From NCBI GenBank assembly GCA_963693365.1, contig CAVNZM010000001.1, forward strand, positions 3,550,907-3,614,906: a stretch of DNA of 64,000 nt. Direction: 5' to 3'. The DNA comes from Amoebidium appalachense. Taxonomy: Eukaryota; Protista; Ichthyosporea. The position numbers and the translations under genes were made by a program. Shown piece by piece: positions 13,404-26,590 of this stretch. The first letter of the stretch is position 1, and every line of letters begins with the position of its first letter. Under the pieces are notes generated by a model that worked only from the letters and a program-made list of their open reading frames with translations, ran no database searches and was not told the origin of the DNA.

Positions 13404-13557
13404 GGGGGGGGGGGGAGGGGGGGGGGGGGGAAGGAGGCTTTGTAACAGGAAACGGGGTATAGTAGGGGTTGGATTTCTGGGGGATGGAGGGAGGGGAAGG
13501 GGAGGCATACTGTCTAACTATGGTCAGCAACATTGCTCTCCCAGCGCCGGCCGTCAT
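8095..13557 (-). CDS. TIGAR: TIGAR-like histidine phosphatase (phosphoglycerate mutase family), 6 exons, 249 aa
   Basis: Exons 13557-13511, 12851-12814, 11731-11610, 10821-10753, 9621-9276, 8222-8095 (750 nt; all GT-AG, phases consistent). Spliced protein has LTIVRHGET..N..GILQGQTDTPLNDTG, YTSDLQRASHTA, RLREKACGVVEG, VAIVTHGG, PGNAS. Orthology to TIGAR is by motif resemblance. Confidence 0.9.
8876..9260. mobile_element. Structured dispersed repeat, copy 1 (in last intron of the TIGAR-like gene)
   Basis: Highly similar, same orientation, to 40326-40761 and 40762-41083; bounded by poly-G on both sides. Confidence 0.85.
10233..10528. mobile_element. Foldback MITE-like element with TTAA at both ends
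   Basis: Inverted arms 10233-10369 and 10392-10528 with only a few mismatches and a 22-nt loop. Ends TTAA|AGCAACC...GGTTGCT|TTAA. A TTAA site with RR..YY termini fits Kolobok-type elements. Confidence 0.85.
12645..12683. repeat. Mini inverted repeat, AGGCCTCCT..AGGAGGCCT family
   Basis: CAAGGCCTCCT-17 nt-AGGAGGCCTTG; related copies at 14329 and 16281. Confidence 0.7.
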
Positions 13558-13787
13558 GTTGGCTATTGCTGTTCCAACTGCTAGCCTCTGCGCACGCAAC
13601 AGGTAAGTCGGAGGAGGTTCAAGGAGAGTCGAAAAGAGAGCAGAGAGAGAAATCGAGTTAGGGAAGAGTGGTGTATGAAATAATTCAGGGCCGGAAAGAT
13701 AAGTGGATAGTGGACCACTGGGAGACAGATGTCGAGGGAGTGGAGGGGGAAGAGAGGAATAAGTGAGTACGGGGAGAGGGGGGGGGG

Positions 13788-14270
<483 letters not shown>

Positions 14271-14328
14271 GCATGGGGGAAAGAGAGTGAGCGTGTGTGT
14301 TTTTGCAAGCGCGCATGTGTGTTTGTCA

Positions 14329-14360
14329 AGGCCTCCTAAATACCACACCTTAGGAGGCCT
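14329..14360. repeat. Mini inverted repeat, AGGCCTCCT..AGGAGGCCT family
   Basis: AGGCCTCCTAA-10 nt-TTAGGAGGCCT, perfect 11-bp arms. Confidence 0.7.
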
Positions 14361-14919
14361 CGGTGTTTGTCTCTCTATGTGGGGTCCACTAAGAGAGAAA
14401 CAGCGAGTGCAGCTCAAGGTAACATATCGAACGTGCAGGTAAGCCAGAGAGAGGATCCTCACTGCTGCCCTTAATACTGCTTCAAGCAGCCCGTATACCA
14501 GAAAAGCTGCCATCCCCTTGTCCCAACGATAAGCCAGGCGACAAAAAAGTGTCCAAGATCATGAGCATCCTGGAGATGTTCTAATTGAGTTTTGGGAGTT
14601 GCTGGGCATTTGGCGAAAACACACGGAAGAAAAACACAAGAAAAATCTGGATCCCAAATGTTGTGACATTGATATGGCTACAAGCTGTGCTTGATAGGCG
14701 GCTTTACCTTTTAAGGCTCCGGATGTCTGGGGCGGAGGGTGAAGCACAAACACTAATTAGAAGCACACTCCTGCTTGGCTGTAAGCGTTCGCGTGCATGT
14801 GTCCATTTGCATGGATGCGTGGGCCTGTGTGCTCGCCTGCCTGGTCCTTGTGTGTGTGCGCGTGTGTATGTGCGTGAGTCGTGCGTGCCTGTGTGCGTGT
14901 GTGCTCGCGCATGCATGCG

Positions 14920-14971
<52 letters not shown>

Positions 14972-16280
14972 GTGCGTGTGTGTGTATTACTGTGCATGAG
15001 TGTCAAACAACTGCAGTAGTCTGTGGGGCTGCATCAGGATCTGTAAGAATTGCGTTAGGGCTCGATGGTAAGATCTTTGTTGGAGAGATGCCTACACACC
15101 GGCCTATTTTTCAACCCTCTGTGCGTCTGTGTGTTTGGCAATGCACTTCTCTGTTTGGTTGTGCCTGAATTGGGTGGGGCACTTGCTGTCTATAAGTTTG
15201 CCGGCACTGCCTGTACACCCCCTTGTGCATGCAAAGTGTTGTGTGTTTACGATTCAGTGTGTACATGTGTGCGTAAGTGTGTATATGCAGCGTTTGCTGG
15301 AAATTCGTGTTCAGCCAGTTTTGCGGTTCCGCAAGCACTTGCATCCAAGTGGCCACCGTGTAGAAACTGGCCCCATCTTTATGTGTACGCACAGGCTGTG
15401 AGGCATGATCGTTTTTGAACTCATCAAGCTTTGTGCAACCTTAATGAATGAAGAGCATAGAAAACGAGGTACGTGCCACCTCAGTGCACGTGCAATAAAA
15501 CCGTTTCAGTGGTGTTTGGACAAGGCCTCGCCTTGTGTTTGGGCGTGGCGCCAACGTTCTCCGCTTTTGGTGGGTATCAACTTGTGTTCTTGAACTTCCG
15601 GGGGTTCCATGGATCTTTTGCCCGCCTCTATTACTTGTATATGATTGGTGGAGAAACTCTCCCGTGCAAATAAATTTGTGTTCAAGTCTCGGCGTCTTCG
15701 GCGACTGTGCTGGACAGTGGACACTGTACTGTACTGTTCGTACAGTAGTGCTGGTGCAAAGTGCCGACTTGAACCACTGCACTCACCTTGTCCCTTCATT
15801 TTCAAAAAGTATGCCATGGCTGTGCAAGTAGTGCAGTGGCTGTGAAACGAAGCTGCTACAGGCCTTCAATACACTGCATGAGCTCGAGCCTCAATAGGAC
15901 TAGTACTAGCTATAGTACTGGCAATATTCGAGTTATTTCATAAAGCTAAGAGGTGCCGTATTAGTCGTTCGTAGCACATGAATTGATTACAGTCCTGTAA
16001 TTGGATTTCGTATAATAGGAAAAGGGGGGGATGTGCTGTTTATTAACAACATGTAATTGAGCTGTGATGAGTTGTCGGCACCAAGAGGAAGTGAAAAGTT
16101 ATCAGATTCGGAAGGCAAGCCTTGCACCCCACAAAAGAATACGAATTCGAAGCCCTGTTTTGCCTTTCCGGGCTTGTTATTGACAGCGGAATATAAGAAT
16201 CGAAGAAATGGTCCTTCTCATTACAGAACAAGGAAGGCATTTTTATATTCTTGACCACTATGTACTCTACCCATACATCA

Positions 16281-16311
16281 AGGGCTCCTAAATAATACTT
16301 CAGGAGGCCCT
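16281..16311. repeat. Mini inverted repeat, AGGCCTCCT..AGGAGGCCT family (degenerate)
   Basis: AGGGCTCCTAAATAATACTTCAGGAGGCCCT. Confidence 0.55.
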
Positions 16312-16759
16312 GGGTTTCATTTATGGGTTATGCTCTTCAAAGCCAGAAAACCTATCGGGTGGTCTCCCCAGATCATGCTCTTGGTGAGGCATTTTTGGCA
16401 GATGGCGACAGCGCGCTCACTGTTGCACGAGGGGGTATTTTTCTATATATTTGGCTGTGTTAGGGCCAATTTTTGACAAATTGATGGACCTAACCTCAAA
16501 AGTTAGGGACAATTTTCGGAGACTTTCAGGGACAATTTCTGGCCCTAAACCCCCTAATTTCACAGCCTAGTAGGCTATGAAGCCAGGTGCTCACCAAAAT
16601 GGCTGCCATATTAAAGAATCTATTAATATTCATACTAAAATAATCTTTCATTGTAAAACGTGATCTTTCGGGACCGGCACTTCAAGGATATCGATCAAAC
16701 TTCCTCCTACAAAAAATCGGCTTGTTCATCTTCGCTCATGGGAGATTTCTTCGAGGGTT

Positions 16760-16856
16760 TCTGACCAATCTGACCAATCTAATCACAGCTTCGCACAGCA
16801 CTAGAGTGTGCCAGAAACCAATCAAAAAATGCGCTGCCTCGCTCAGGTATATAAAT
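16760..16856 (+). promoter_or_regulatory. Putative Pol II promoter (3 CCAAT boxes plus TATA) of the mosaic secreted protein gene
   Basis: CTGACCAATCTGACCAATC (~16761), AACCAATC (~16816) and TATATAAA (~16848), about 250 nt upstream of ATG 17099. Confidence 0.55.
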
Positions 16857-17098
16857 TGGATGTGCGGACCCATTTGGTTATTTCTTGTGTCAACAAGACG
16901 GCCGACAGTACCTACATTGTACACGCTTTGTCTCTTCGGCTGGCCACACGCACACGCACTCAAGAAGCGTTTTATTTGCTCTCAGGTGCATCACTACCCG
17001 AAATACTAGTTAGTTTTAGTTTGTAACGATCAGCAGAGAATACGCGCACACGCACACACGCACTTACTCTTTCGACAAGCACATACGCACACGTAGCC

Positions 17099-19814
17099 AT
17101 GGCACGCTCATGCGCTGTGGCCCTGTGCCTGGCAAGCCTGCTCGGGCTTGTTTTGGCGCAGGCGCGAGTATATCCCTGCGGGTGGTGGAAGGGAATCAAG
17201 TTTGGCAACCAATGCTGGACGCAGAGGAAACAGATGCTCAACTATGAACTCAACGAGATCATCCTCGGCCCGTGCACCAAGCCACCAAACACAGATCTGA
17301 TGGAGTTTTTCTGGGACAACGGCCGCCTGGTGTTGCGCACGGGAGGGTGCCTGCAGGTGTACGATGGCACACTCTACTACAGCAAGCTGTGCAACGGCCA
17401 GATTGATCAGCAGTTTATTCTCCTCAACAACAAGCAGCTACAGTGGGCCGGCAACAAGCAGTGTGTCCGCTTTGCCAACCCCTTCTGGAAGCTGGCCCCC
17501 TGCAACGCCAACGACCCTGCCCAGCAGTTCATGCAGATAGTGCTCTACCCGTGTACCACGCAACCCATCCGCACCACTACCACCACCAGCCGGCGCACCA
17601 CAACCACTACACGCACTACTACGCGCACCACAACGCGCCCAAGTCCCCCCCCCCGACATCAGAACTACCACCACTACCCGCACAACCATGCGCACCACAA
17701 CAACCACAAAACCCGCCGTCACCACCACCGCACCTGTCTGCCCCCCAGGCGCCTGCTGCACGTATGAGGTCTACCCCAAGACAAACACGTACCAATCTCT
17801 GGCCGGGGGTGGGCCCATGTCTCTCGACTCTTGCAAGACCACGTGCGCAAAGACAGCAAAGTGCAACGGCTTCACATGGAGCAACAGTCTGCAGGTGTGC
17901 GTCTTTAAGACTGTGGCCATCGGCACAGGGGGCAGTGGTGACCTCTTCCCCGACACTACGTGGGACACGTACGTGCAGAACTGTGTCTCTCCTCTGGAAA
18001 TCTGCACCTACCTGCAGGTCAACGAGAGCACCGTGGCTGCCACAAGCACGCTGGCGGTGGTGTCTGTGTCTCGGCTGAAGCAGTGTGAGGACGCATGCAC
18101 ACGCAACAAGACCTGCAACGGGTTTGTGTGGGACGGCACTGTGTGCACGCTCAAGGTCCTGACCAACCCCAGCGATATCATCCCTAATCCGGGCAAGCCC
18201 ACCGCCGTCTATATCAGCAAGTGCCGCCCACCCTTCAAACTGCCCACCACCACAACCACAACCAAAACCACTACACGCACTGCACCGCCAGACACATCCA
18301 CCTCCACCACCACCAGCACCACGACCACAACAACCACCACTACACGCACTGCACCGCCAGACACATCCACCTCCACCACTACCAGCAGCAAGACCGTACC
18401 CACCACCACGTACACCGTCACCCCCACCCAGCCCCCCTGCGACTACATTCCCATCGAGAAACGCGACGTCCTTCGCACTATTCCTGGTGGCGGGATACTC
18501 AGCCTCGATGAGTGCAAAAAGCAGTGCAGTGAGAGCGAGCTGTGCACCGCGTTTGCATGGAACGGCAAGATGTGTCTGTTCAAGGACGTGCAGGACCTGG
18601 CCGAGGACCTGATTGCCAGTGATAATTGGACCATTTACCTCGAGTACTGCACCGTCATAGGCCCCCAGTGGACTGAGTGGTCCCTCTGCCCCGATGTTTG
18701 CCGGGCAGACTCCCTGCAGACCCGCCAGTGCATCGACGAGGACGGCATGCCATTGGTCGGCTGCAGTGGTGAGAGTGTGCGCTCGTGCTTCAACGCCGCT
18801 GCCCCCGAGTGCAATGCGCAGTGGACGGCATGGAGTGCATGCACTGACGCATGCGGGGGCATGCAGACCCGCCTGTGCACACGTAACGGCCAGCTGGCTA
18901 CGGGCTGCCCCGGCCAGGCCATGCAGCAGTGTGGTGGGCGCAATGACCCGCAGTGCCGCAACACAAATGGGCCCCAGTGGGGCGAGTGGGGCCCATGCAG
19001 CAACAACTGCGATGGCTGGTCTGTGCGTGTGTGCTACAACAGGAACCGCCGTCCGTCAAACGGCTGCCAAGGTGACAGCCAGCGCAGGTGTGGCTCCAAC
19101 TCATCGCCCGGCTGCACACCCACCATGCCTCCCCAGCCCACCACCACAAGCAAGCCGGGGCCATCCCCCACGGCGTGCAAGGGCTATCTCAGATGCCACG
19201 AGAATGCCTACATCGACCAGTGCGACTGCAAGTGTTTCCCCGGCTATGAGGGCGATGGCTTCTACTGTGCCCCTGTAACTATTGCACCCGTGCCTACCAC
19301 CATTTTGCCGCTTCCACCCACCACCACCATGACTCCCACCACCACCACTACCACCACCGCTCAGCCCACCACCACTACCACCACCACCGCTCAGCCCACC
19401 ACCACTACCACCACACAAAGCGCCACCACCACGACTACCACACAAAGCGCCACCACCACCGTCAATCCCGGGCCCAAGCCTGACAAGGGGAAGATTGGCG
19501 GCACTGTTTGGAGCGACAACAACAAGGACAAGAAGAAAGACAACGAGCCGGGCATCAAGGGGGTCACGGCACTTCTGTTGAGCCCCGACTTGAGTGGGGT
19601 GATCGGTGAGACCACAACCAACGGTAACGGCAAATATGAGTTTGCAAACTTGGATGCCGGGAACTATGTTGTAGCTATTGATGAACAGTCAGTACCGCCC
19701 AATATGGAAGCAACGTTTAGCAAGGGCACAACAGGTGATGGGTTGGTGGTTGTTAACGTGGGACAGGGACAGAGCGTGAGTGATATTGATTTCGGGTATG
19801 GGCCTGTTATGTAA
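17099..19814 (+). CDS. Secreted mosaic protein (~904 aa): ricin-B-like, Thr-rich linkers, 3 PAN/apple, 3 TSP1, EGF, C-terminal SdrD-B-like domain; +1 frameshift in C10 at 17645-17654
   Basis: ORFs 17099-17767 and 17688-19814 join if C10 is read as C9 (RPSPPP-DIRTTTTT). Signal peptide MARSCAVALCLASLLGLVLAQA; PAN C-x3-C-x5-C-x2-F-x-W..C-x2-K three times; TSP1 WTEWSLC, WTAWSAC, WGEWGPC; EGF CKCFPGYEGDGFYC; GKIGGTVWSDNNKD..EPGIKGVT..TTTNGNGKYEFANL..GNYVV. Confidence 0.88.
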
Positions 19815-20003
19815 GAGTCTTGTTTGTACAGATTAGGGCCGTGTAAGCCAAGTCAGGAAATGATATGTTAGTGTGCTAGGGACGCACTGTGTGCGGGCCC
19901 GGCAATCGATTAGACAGCCATATGCGTGTTTTTGATATGTAGAGACATGCATGTATAATAGCGTCTTTTGTGCATTCTGGAATTGGCCTATATAGTGAAC
20001 CAC

Positions 20004-20089
20004 TAATTGAGGGATGATTCATCCCCTGCCACCAATAATACCAAATTAATTGAGGGATGATTCATCCCCTGCCACCAATAATACCAAAT
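20004..20089. repeat. Perfect 43-bp tandem duplication containing a short hairpin
   Basis: TAATTGAGGGATGATTCATCCCCTGCCACCAATAATACCAAAT twice; GGGATGA-T-TCATCCC palindrome. Confidence 0.9.
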
Positions 20090-21408
20090 TATATCATGCT
20101 GAAATTAGTGTCGTGATGCCCAAAGAGTGAGGGAACGCGCAAATTGAGGGGGGGGGGGGGGGGGGCAGCATCAAATGCAGCCTGCACAGGTGTGCAGTTC
20201 ATGTGCCACTGGGTGCTTACGTCATGCACAGGAAGGATGTGTGTGCTTGCGGTAAAGATGTGTATTCACTTTGTTGTGTGCACCCGTGGCCCTGTTACGT
20301 GTACATGTGCCCCATATATGTGGTTTCTTTCAAGGTGTACGTGTCCGAGTGAACGTGTGATGGTATCCGGACCATCGCTGTGAGCATGTGTGTTCGCGGG
20401 CGCGCTTGTGTGTGTATGCGTGGGTGTGTGGGTGATCCCCCACCCCCCCGTCTCCCTGCAGCCCGGTCAACTTTCTTCAAAGTTTTTCTGCCTCCCTGAT
20501 CCCCCCCCCCCCCCCTCCCCCCTCCGCCCCCCCTCCTCTACCTTCCCTTACCCAAATACAACCCCCCCCCCCCTCCCCACCCCCACCCCACCTCACTCCC
20601 CCTCCCCCTCCCGCCCCCCCACCACCACCACCACCACACACACACACACACACCCGGTCGCCCGCGCTGCCCCTCCTCATTTCCGACCTCCCCTCCTTAC
20701 CGACCTCCCCTCCTTATGTCAATACCGGTTAAATTTTTTTTTGGGTTCCGGTTAAATTTTTTTTTGGGTTTCCCAATAATTATAATCTCTAAGACTTCTC
20801 ATTTTACCTTTTCCGGCCCAGGGGCCCACGCTGCATATATTGGCAATATAGGCAAAGACTCATATCATTAATTCTAAACCACTTCTAAACAACTTTGTGG
20901 TCAAAGTTCGTGAGCACGGTGCTGGTCAAGCAATATTACGACTGCGCATATTGCATGATCACAGAGGGGAGTCGGGATATTTTTTTTCGCTTTGTTTTTA
21001 TATTGCTTCGTGGCTCTTTCGTTTTCTTTTGTTGGTAGGTTGGTTGGTTCGTTGTTGGATTTTTCTTTGTTTTGGGAAGGAAGAGGTGGGTGGGGTGGGG
21101 TGGGGTGGTGTGTGTGTGTGTGTGGTGGTGGTGGTGGGGGAGGGGGGGGGGGGGGGAGGGGGGGCAGGGGGATTTGATATACAGGAGGTGGCCGCGGGGG
21201 GGGGGGGGGGGGGGGGGGGGGGGAGGGGGGGTGGACGGGGAGGATGTTTGTCTGTCTGTGTGTGCGTTTGTGTTTGTGCGCAACCCATTTCCAATTTCGC
21301 TACTAAACTTTGCAACTGTGTGTGTGTTTGTGTGTGCGCGTGTGTGCACGCAGGTGTGTGTGTGTATGTATGCGTGCGTGTGTGTGTGTTTGTGTGTGTG
21401 TGTTTGTG

Positions 21409-21481
<73 letters not shown>

Positions 21482-21702
21482 GTTATGTGTGTGGGTGTGG
21501 GTGTGGGTGTGGGTGTTTGTGACATTGTGTGAAGGGACCCAGGATGTGTGTGTGTGCAGGCATGAAGGTGTATTGATCTGTGGGTGGGGGTGTGTCTGTG
21601 TGTCCATGTAGACACACGTTGTTACACACACACACACACAGACACCGTGGCATACACAGCCGCACGCACAACGCACGCACGCATGCACACCGCCCCCCCC
21701 CC

Positions 21703-21733
<31 letters not shown>

Positions 21734-21745
21734 GTACGCACATAT

Positions 21746-21820
<75 letters not shown>

Positions 21821-21983
21821 CACAAACGCACACATGCACACACACACAAACACACATCCACACACCACGCACAAAAAAAGAAACCGTTAGACATCTTAAA
21901 TGGTGAGCCATCCCGGTGGGTGGTCTCAAACCCCCCCCCCCCCTCCCCTCCCCCCTCCCCCTTCTCCCCCCCCCCCCCCCCCC

Positions 21984-22022
<39 letters not shown>

Positions 22023-22163
22023 CGTGTCACTGACCTGCAAAGTTTTCTCAGAGGAATCATACGTTTGACTTGATGGACCTTCACAGAGCATTTTTTTTTC
22101 AATTCTATTGCTCTGTTTCTTTTCGTTTTGAAAAAAATATCCTTTTTTCCTCAGTCTCTTTGT

Positions 22164-22198
<35 letters not shown>

Positions 22199-23571
22199 GG
22201 GGGGGAGGGGGGGGGGAGCTTAAGGAGGGCAGGTGGAAAGATTTGATAGAAGGGAGGGGGGAGGGGGGGTGGGTGGGGGTGGGGGGGGATGGATTTTTTT
22301 CTTGTTCCTGATATTTTTATTCAATCCGGTATATCTTTTATGTACACACTACTGCCGAGGGGCACGGCGGGTGGGTGGGGAGGGGTGTGGTGTGGCGGGG
22401 GAGGAAGGATCACTTTGCTATAAATGTCTTAGAGGCCTATCATGATGTAACATGCAGCAGGACACCTGACCTCCTCCTCCCCCCCCCCCCCTCCCCCCCC
22501 CCCCCACAAAAAAAAAGAAAAAAGAAAAAAAAAAAGAAGAAGAAAAAAAAGAAAGAAAGAAAAAGAAAAGCCAAACACAAGTTGGCGCACTTTCACAATC
22601 CCCCCCCCCCCCCCCCCCCCCCTCTTCAACCCCCCAAACCACGCACCCACCAACCCGTCTACGTACCCACTCAAAAAGTTTTGGGGGAGGGAGGGGGGAG
22701 GGTATTGCTATGTATGTGTGCATATATGTGTGTGTGTGTCCATTCTTGTGCATTGTATGCATAGGCTTGTACGTGTTTGTGTGTTTTTGTGTAGATCATG
22801 TAACATGTGTAATAAATAGCATGTGCAATGTGGAGCATGTGCATTTTTACGTCACGGTATTGTTTCCTCATCTAAGGCAATCGCATGTTTGCAAGTTGTC
22901 TGGATTTTCTATTTTATTTTACTTCTTTCTTTCTTTCTTTCTTTCTTTTTTTTTTGGGGGGGGGAGGGGGGGGGGGGGAGTTTGGGGCGGGGAGTGGAAG
23001 GGGGGGGGGGGGGGGGGGGGGGGGAAGGGGGGGGGGGGGGGGGGGATCACTTGCATCATGTGACTTGCATACATGTGCGTGCACCAACCCTTCGACACGG
23101 TGATTGAAAGCAACTCTGGTTTACGCCCACGGCAAGTCAATAAAGATCCCTTCCGGGCCAAGTCCGTCCATTGAAGCCCGAGTATTTGCCAGTACAATGG
23201 TGAATGATATCTGAAATTTTCCGAATTTGATGGGTGCATCAGCACTGCACTGCAAATATCAATATTATTATGACCCACCCCTGCCTTCAAGCAGCCAGAC
23301 GACCCCCCATGATCTCCCCCCCCCCCCCCCCCTCTCCCCCCCCCCCAAAAAAAAAGAAAGAAAAAAAGAAAAACGTGCACACACACCACCACCACCCTCA
23401 ATCCTTTCTCCCCCACCTGCCCACCCACCCACCCCACTCAAGACACACAAACACACACAGACATAAAAGATACACGTGCACGCATACACCAGTATGTGAC
23501 GCAGTCTACATTAAGCAAACCATCATTTGAGCTGTCAGTACACACGTCCTCCTCCCCCCCTCCCCCCCTCC

Positions 23572-23610
<39 letters not shown>

Positions 23611-23626
23611 ACTGACACACACGCAC

Positions 23627-23670
<44 letters not shown>

Positions 23671-23705
23671 GCACACATTACCCTAGGCTGGTTGGGAGTT
23701 AACTG

Positions 23706-23791
<86 letters not shown>

Positions 23792-23839
23792 CAGTGGGGG
23801 GTGAGGGAGGGAGGGGAGGGGGGAGGGGGGGGGAGGTGG

Positions 23840-23874
<35 letters not shown>

Positions 23875-25459
23875 AGGGGAAGGGGGAGGAATGACAGAGA
23901 CCTACAGAAAACAGTTATTTAGTGATGGCACGAAAACAAGAGAACGACAACACGCAAGAGCAACACAGTGAAAGGGGAGCCGCTATAGTAAAGGGTTAGT
24001 GTCATTGCATGATGTCAGAGCCTCCCCAGAGGTTGGTTTGAGGGGGGGGGGGGGGGGGGGGGGGGGGATCGGAAAATAATGCAAGCTACTATTGATGAGA
24101 CGAGGGTATGTGGTCAGGGAGGGGGTGGGAGCACATGAGGTCTCCTAGAGGAATCATGCTTAGTGGCTGAACGAGCCAAGACCGTCTATTGCTAATACGA
24201 GAGATAATTTGACTGTTAGGGGGAGGCCTGTGTGTAAGGCTTGCTATACGGTAGCATGTGTGTTCTTGGTGGTATGTGTGTGTGTGTGTGGGTAGGTGTG
24301 TGTGCACGTGTGTGACCCAGGAGGGGTTGGGTTATTGTTGTTGTTTGTGGGCGTTGGGGTAGGTGGGTGGGTGGAGGGAGGGGGGAGGGGGAAGGCCGAA
24401 GGGGGGAGGGGGGGGGGGGGGGAGTTATCGTTCAAGGGATGCCACTTAGATGGTTTCAAAGATAGCCCACAGTGTGTAGTGCCGGCGGCTATGACATTTC
24501 CTGCACCTAAGTTCAAGTGCCAAATGCATCTGCTTGAACATACCAATTAGCTGCCACTCACCAATACCGTACTAGCCTCCCAGCAGTGCAGTATGCACCT
24601 ATTCTAACATCCCACGACTTTTTCCAAGTTGAATCCAGATAAAACATTATAATGATTTAGGCACCAAGCAGACAGTTTCTATATGATGTTTTTAAAATCT
24701 CATATAGCTGTCGGGCATGAGACAGGTCTCATTCAAGCCACAAGGAATCATGGTCTTGATGTATGTTTTCTGTAGGAGAGAAATTGGAAGTCACCGAGAA
24801 TGGGAGGTCTAATTCCTGGGGTCTAAAAAAAAATGAGAGAGAACGTGGATGCTTCGGCCCCTCAAACCTAAACACGAAAAAAAGGAAGTGAGAGACGGTC
24901 AGGGCGCCGGGGCGGGGCGGGGGGGGGGGGGGGGGGGGGGGAGGGGGGGGGGGGGGCAAGGCAGGCCAATGGCATGAATCGAAAAATGGAACTGGCGTTT
25001 AGGCTACTTTTCAAAAGAGACTCGTGGGCGGAACCCGGGAGAGGAGCTACTGAAAATTGCTGGGAAATTTCTTGAAAGGAGCTGCAAGGGGCAGGGAGAG
25101 GGGGTGGGCTTACTATAGGGTGGGTTGGTGGGTGGGTTGGGTGACCGGGGGGGGGTGGGTGGGGGGAGGGGGGGGGGGGGGGGGGGGGGGGGGATAGCAG
25201 GGGGGTGGTGGGGATGGTGGTGGTTGAGGGGGGGGGGGGGGGGGGGAGGGGGGGAGGGGGGGTAACATCACGAAAAAACCGATGCATATGCACATTTGAA
25301 AAGTCCGAGGGGTTTGTTTTGAGGGGAGACTTAGGAATTTCATGGTGAAGCAAAAAAATTATTTAACATGTATAAAACATGGCGCGCATGTGCACAGCAA
25401 AGAAGCAGGGGATGGTTTGAAAAAAAAGGAGCTGGTCGGTGGGTAATTATTTAGCAAAG

Positions 25460-25685
25460 GCAGAATTATTCTGCAAACAGCAGAATTATTCTACTGAAAG
25501 CAGTGCCTCTCTGCTTGAAGCACGTTATTCTACTGCCATGAACTTTTTGCGAAATGATTCTGGTTTCAAAATCAGAATAATTCTGCTTTAGCAGAATTAT
25601 TATGCTTATAGCAGAATAACTCGTGTTTGTATCAGAATGATTCTGCTTTACCAAAATAATCCTGCTAATAGCAGAATAATTCTGC
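25460..25685. repeat. Array of ~11 palindromic GCAGAATNATTCTGC units, ~20-bp period
   Basis: Units at 25460, 25480, 25572, 25591, 25611, 25632, 25651 and 25671, plus degenerate ones at 25500, 25520 and 25549. Confidence 0.85.
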
Positions 25686-25732
25686 GCGGAGCAAGTTGAC
25701 TCTGCCGATGTGATTGGGCCTTCACCTGGGGT

Positions 25733-25774
<42 letters not shown>

Positions 25775-26414
25775 AATGTTTGAGAGCACGTACACGCAAA
25801 GTCTAGCACTGTGCAGCACACATGAAGTGGCCACGCCGTTCGATGTTACTGAAAGATTTTATTTTATTTTATCCCGTCTTGTTCCCGGAGGGACCCCTTG
25901 GGCCCCTCAGGGGGAACTACCGTCTTCCACCCAGCACCGACAGTACTCTAGCTAGGGTGCTACGGTATAGCTAAGCTAACACACCTTTAAACGATCCTAA
26001 CTATTTGCACACACTTAGCCCAGGGTATTCACCCCAGTGTTACTGAAAGATGCATGTTCCCATTTTTCTTTCTCTTCACTCGTCCCCACCCTCCCCGGTC
26101 CTGTCTCCCTTCCACTCTCTTCTCTGGGCCAAAACACTGATGCATGAATTTGCAATGCCAGCAACACGAAGACACAGAGATACAGACAAAAGCACGTGCA
26201 ACACATGCACTTGCACATGTATTTGAATTGGCTGATCCGGGTGGCACTGCCGGCATGTCAAAGTCGAACATTCATTCAAAGCACATTCCCATAGATAGAG
26301 CACACAGCACGGACCCACACAAGCACACGCACACACGCACGAACACATAAACACGTACACACACACCATACACACCACGCACACACAAGTACACACACGC
26401 ACACACACACACAT

Positions 26415-26473
<59 letters not shown>

Positions 26474-26549
26474 ACACACGCACACACACACACACACAGT
26501 ACACACACACACACACACACGCACAACACACGCACACGCACACACACAC

Positions 26550-26590
<41 letters not shown>

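Noticed and set aside
25460-25685. CRISPR-like array
   Set aside because: Linkers are only 4-5 nt, repeats are degenerate, context is eukaryotic and there are no cas genes.
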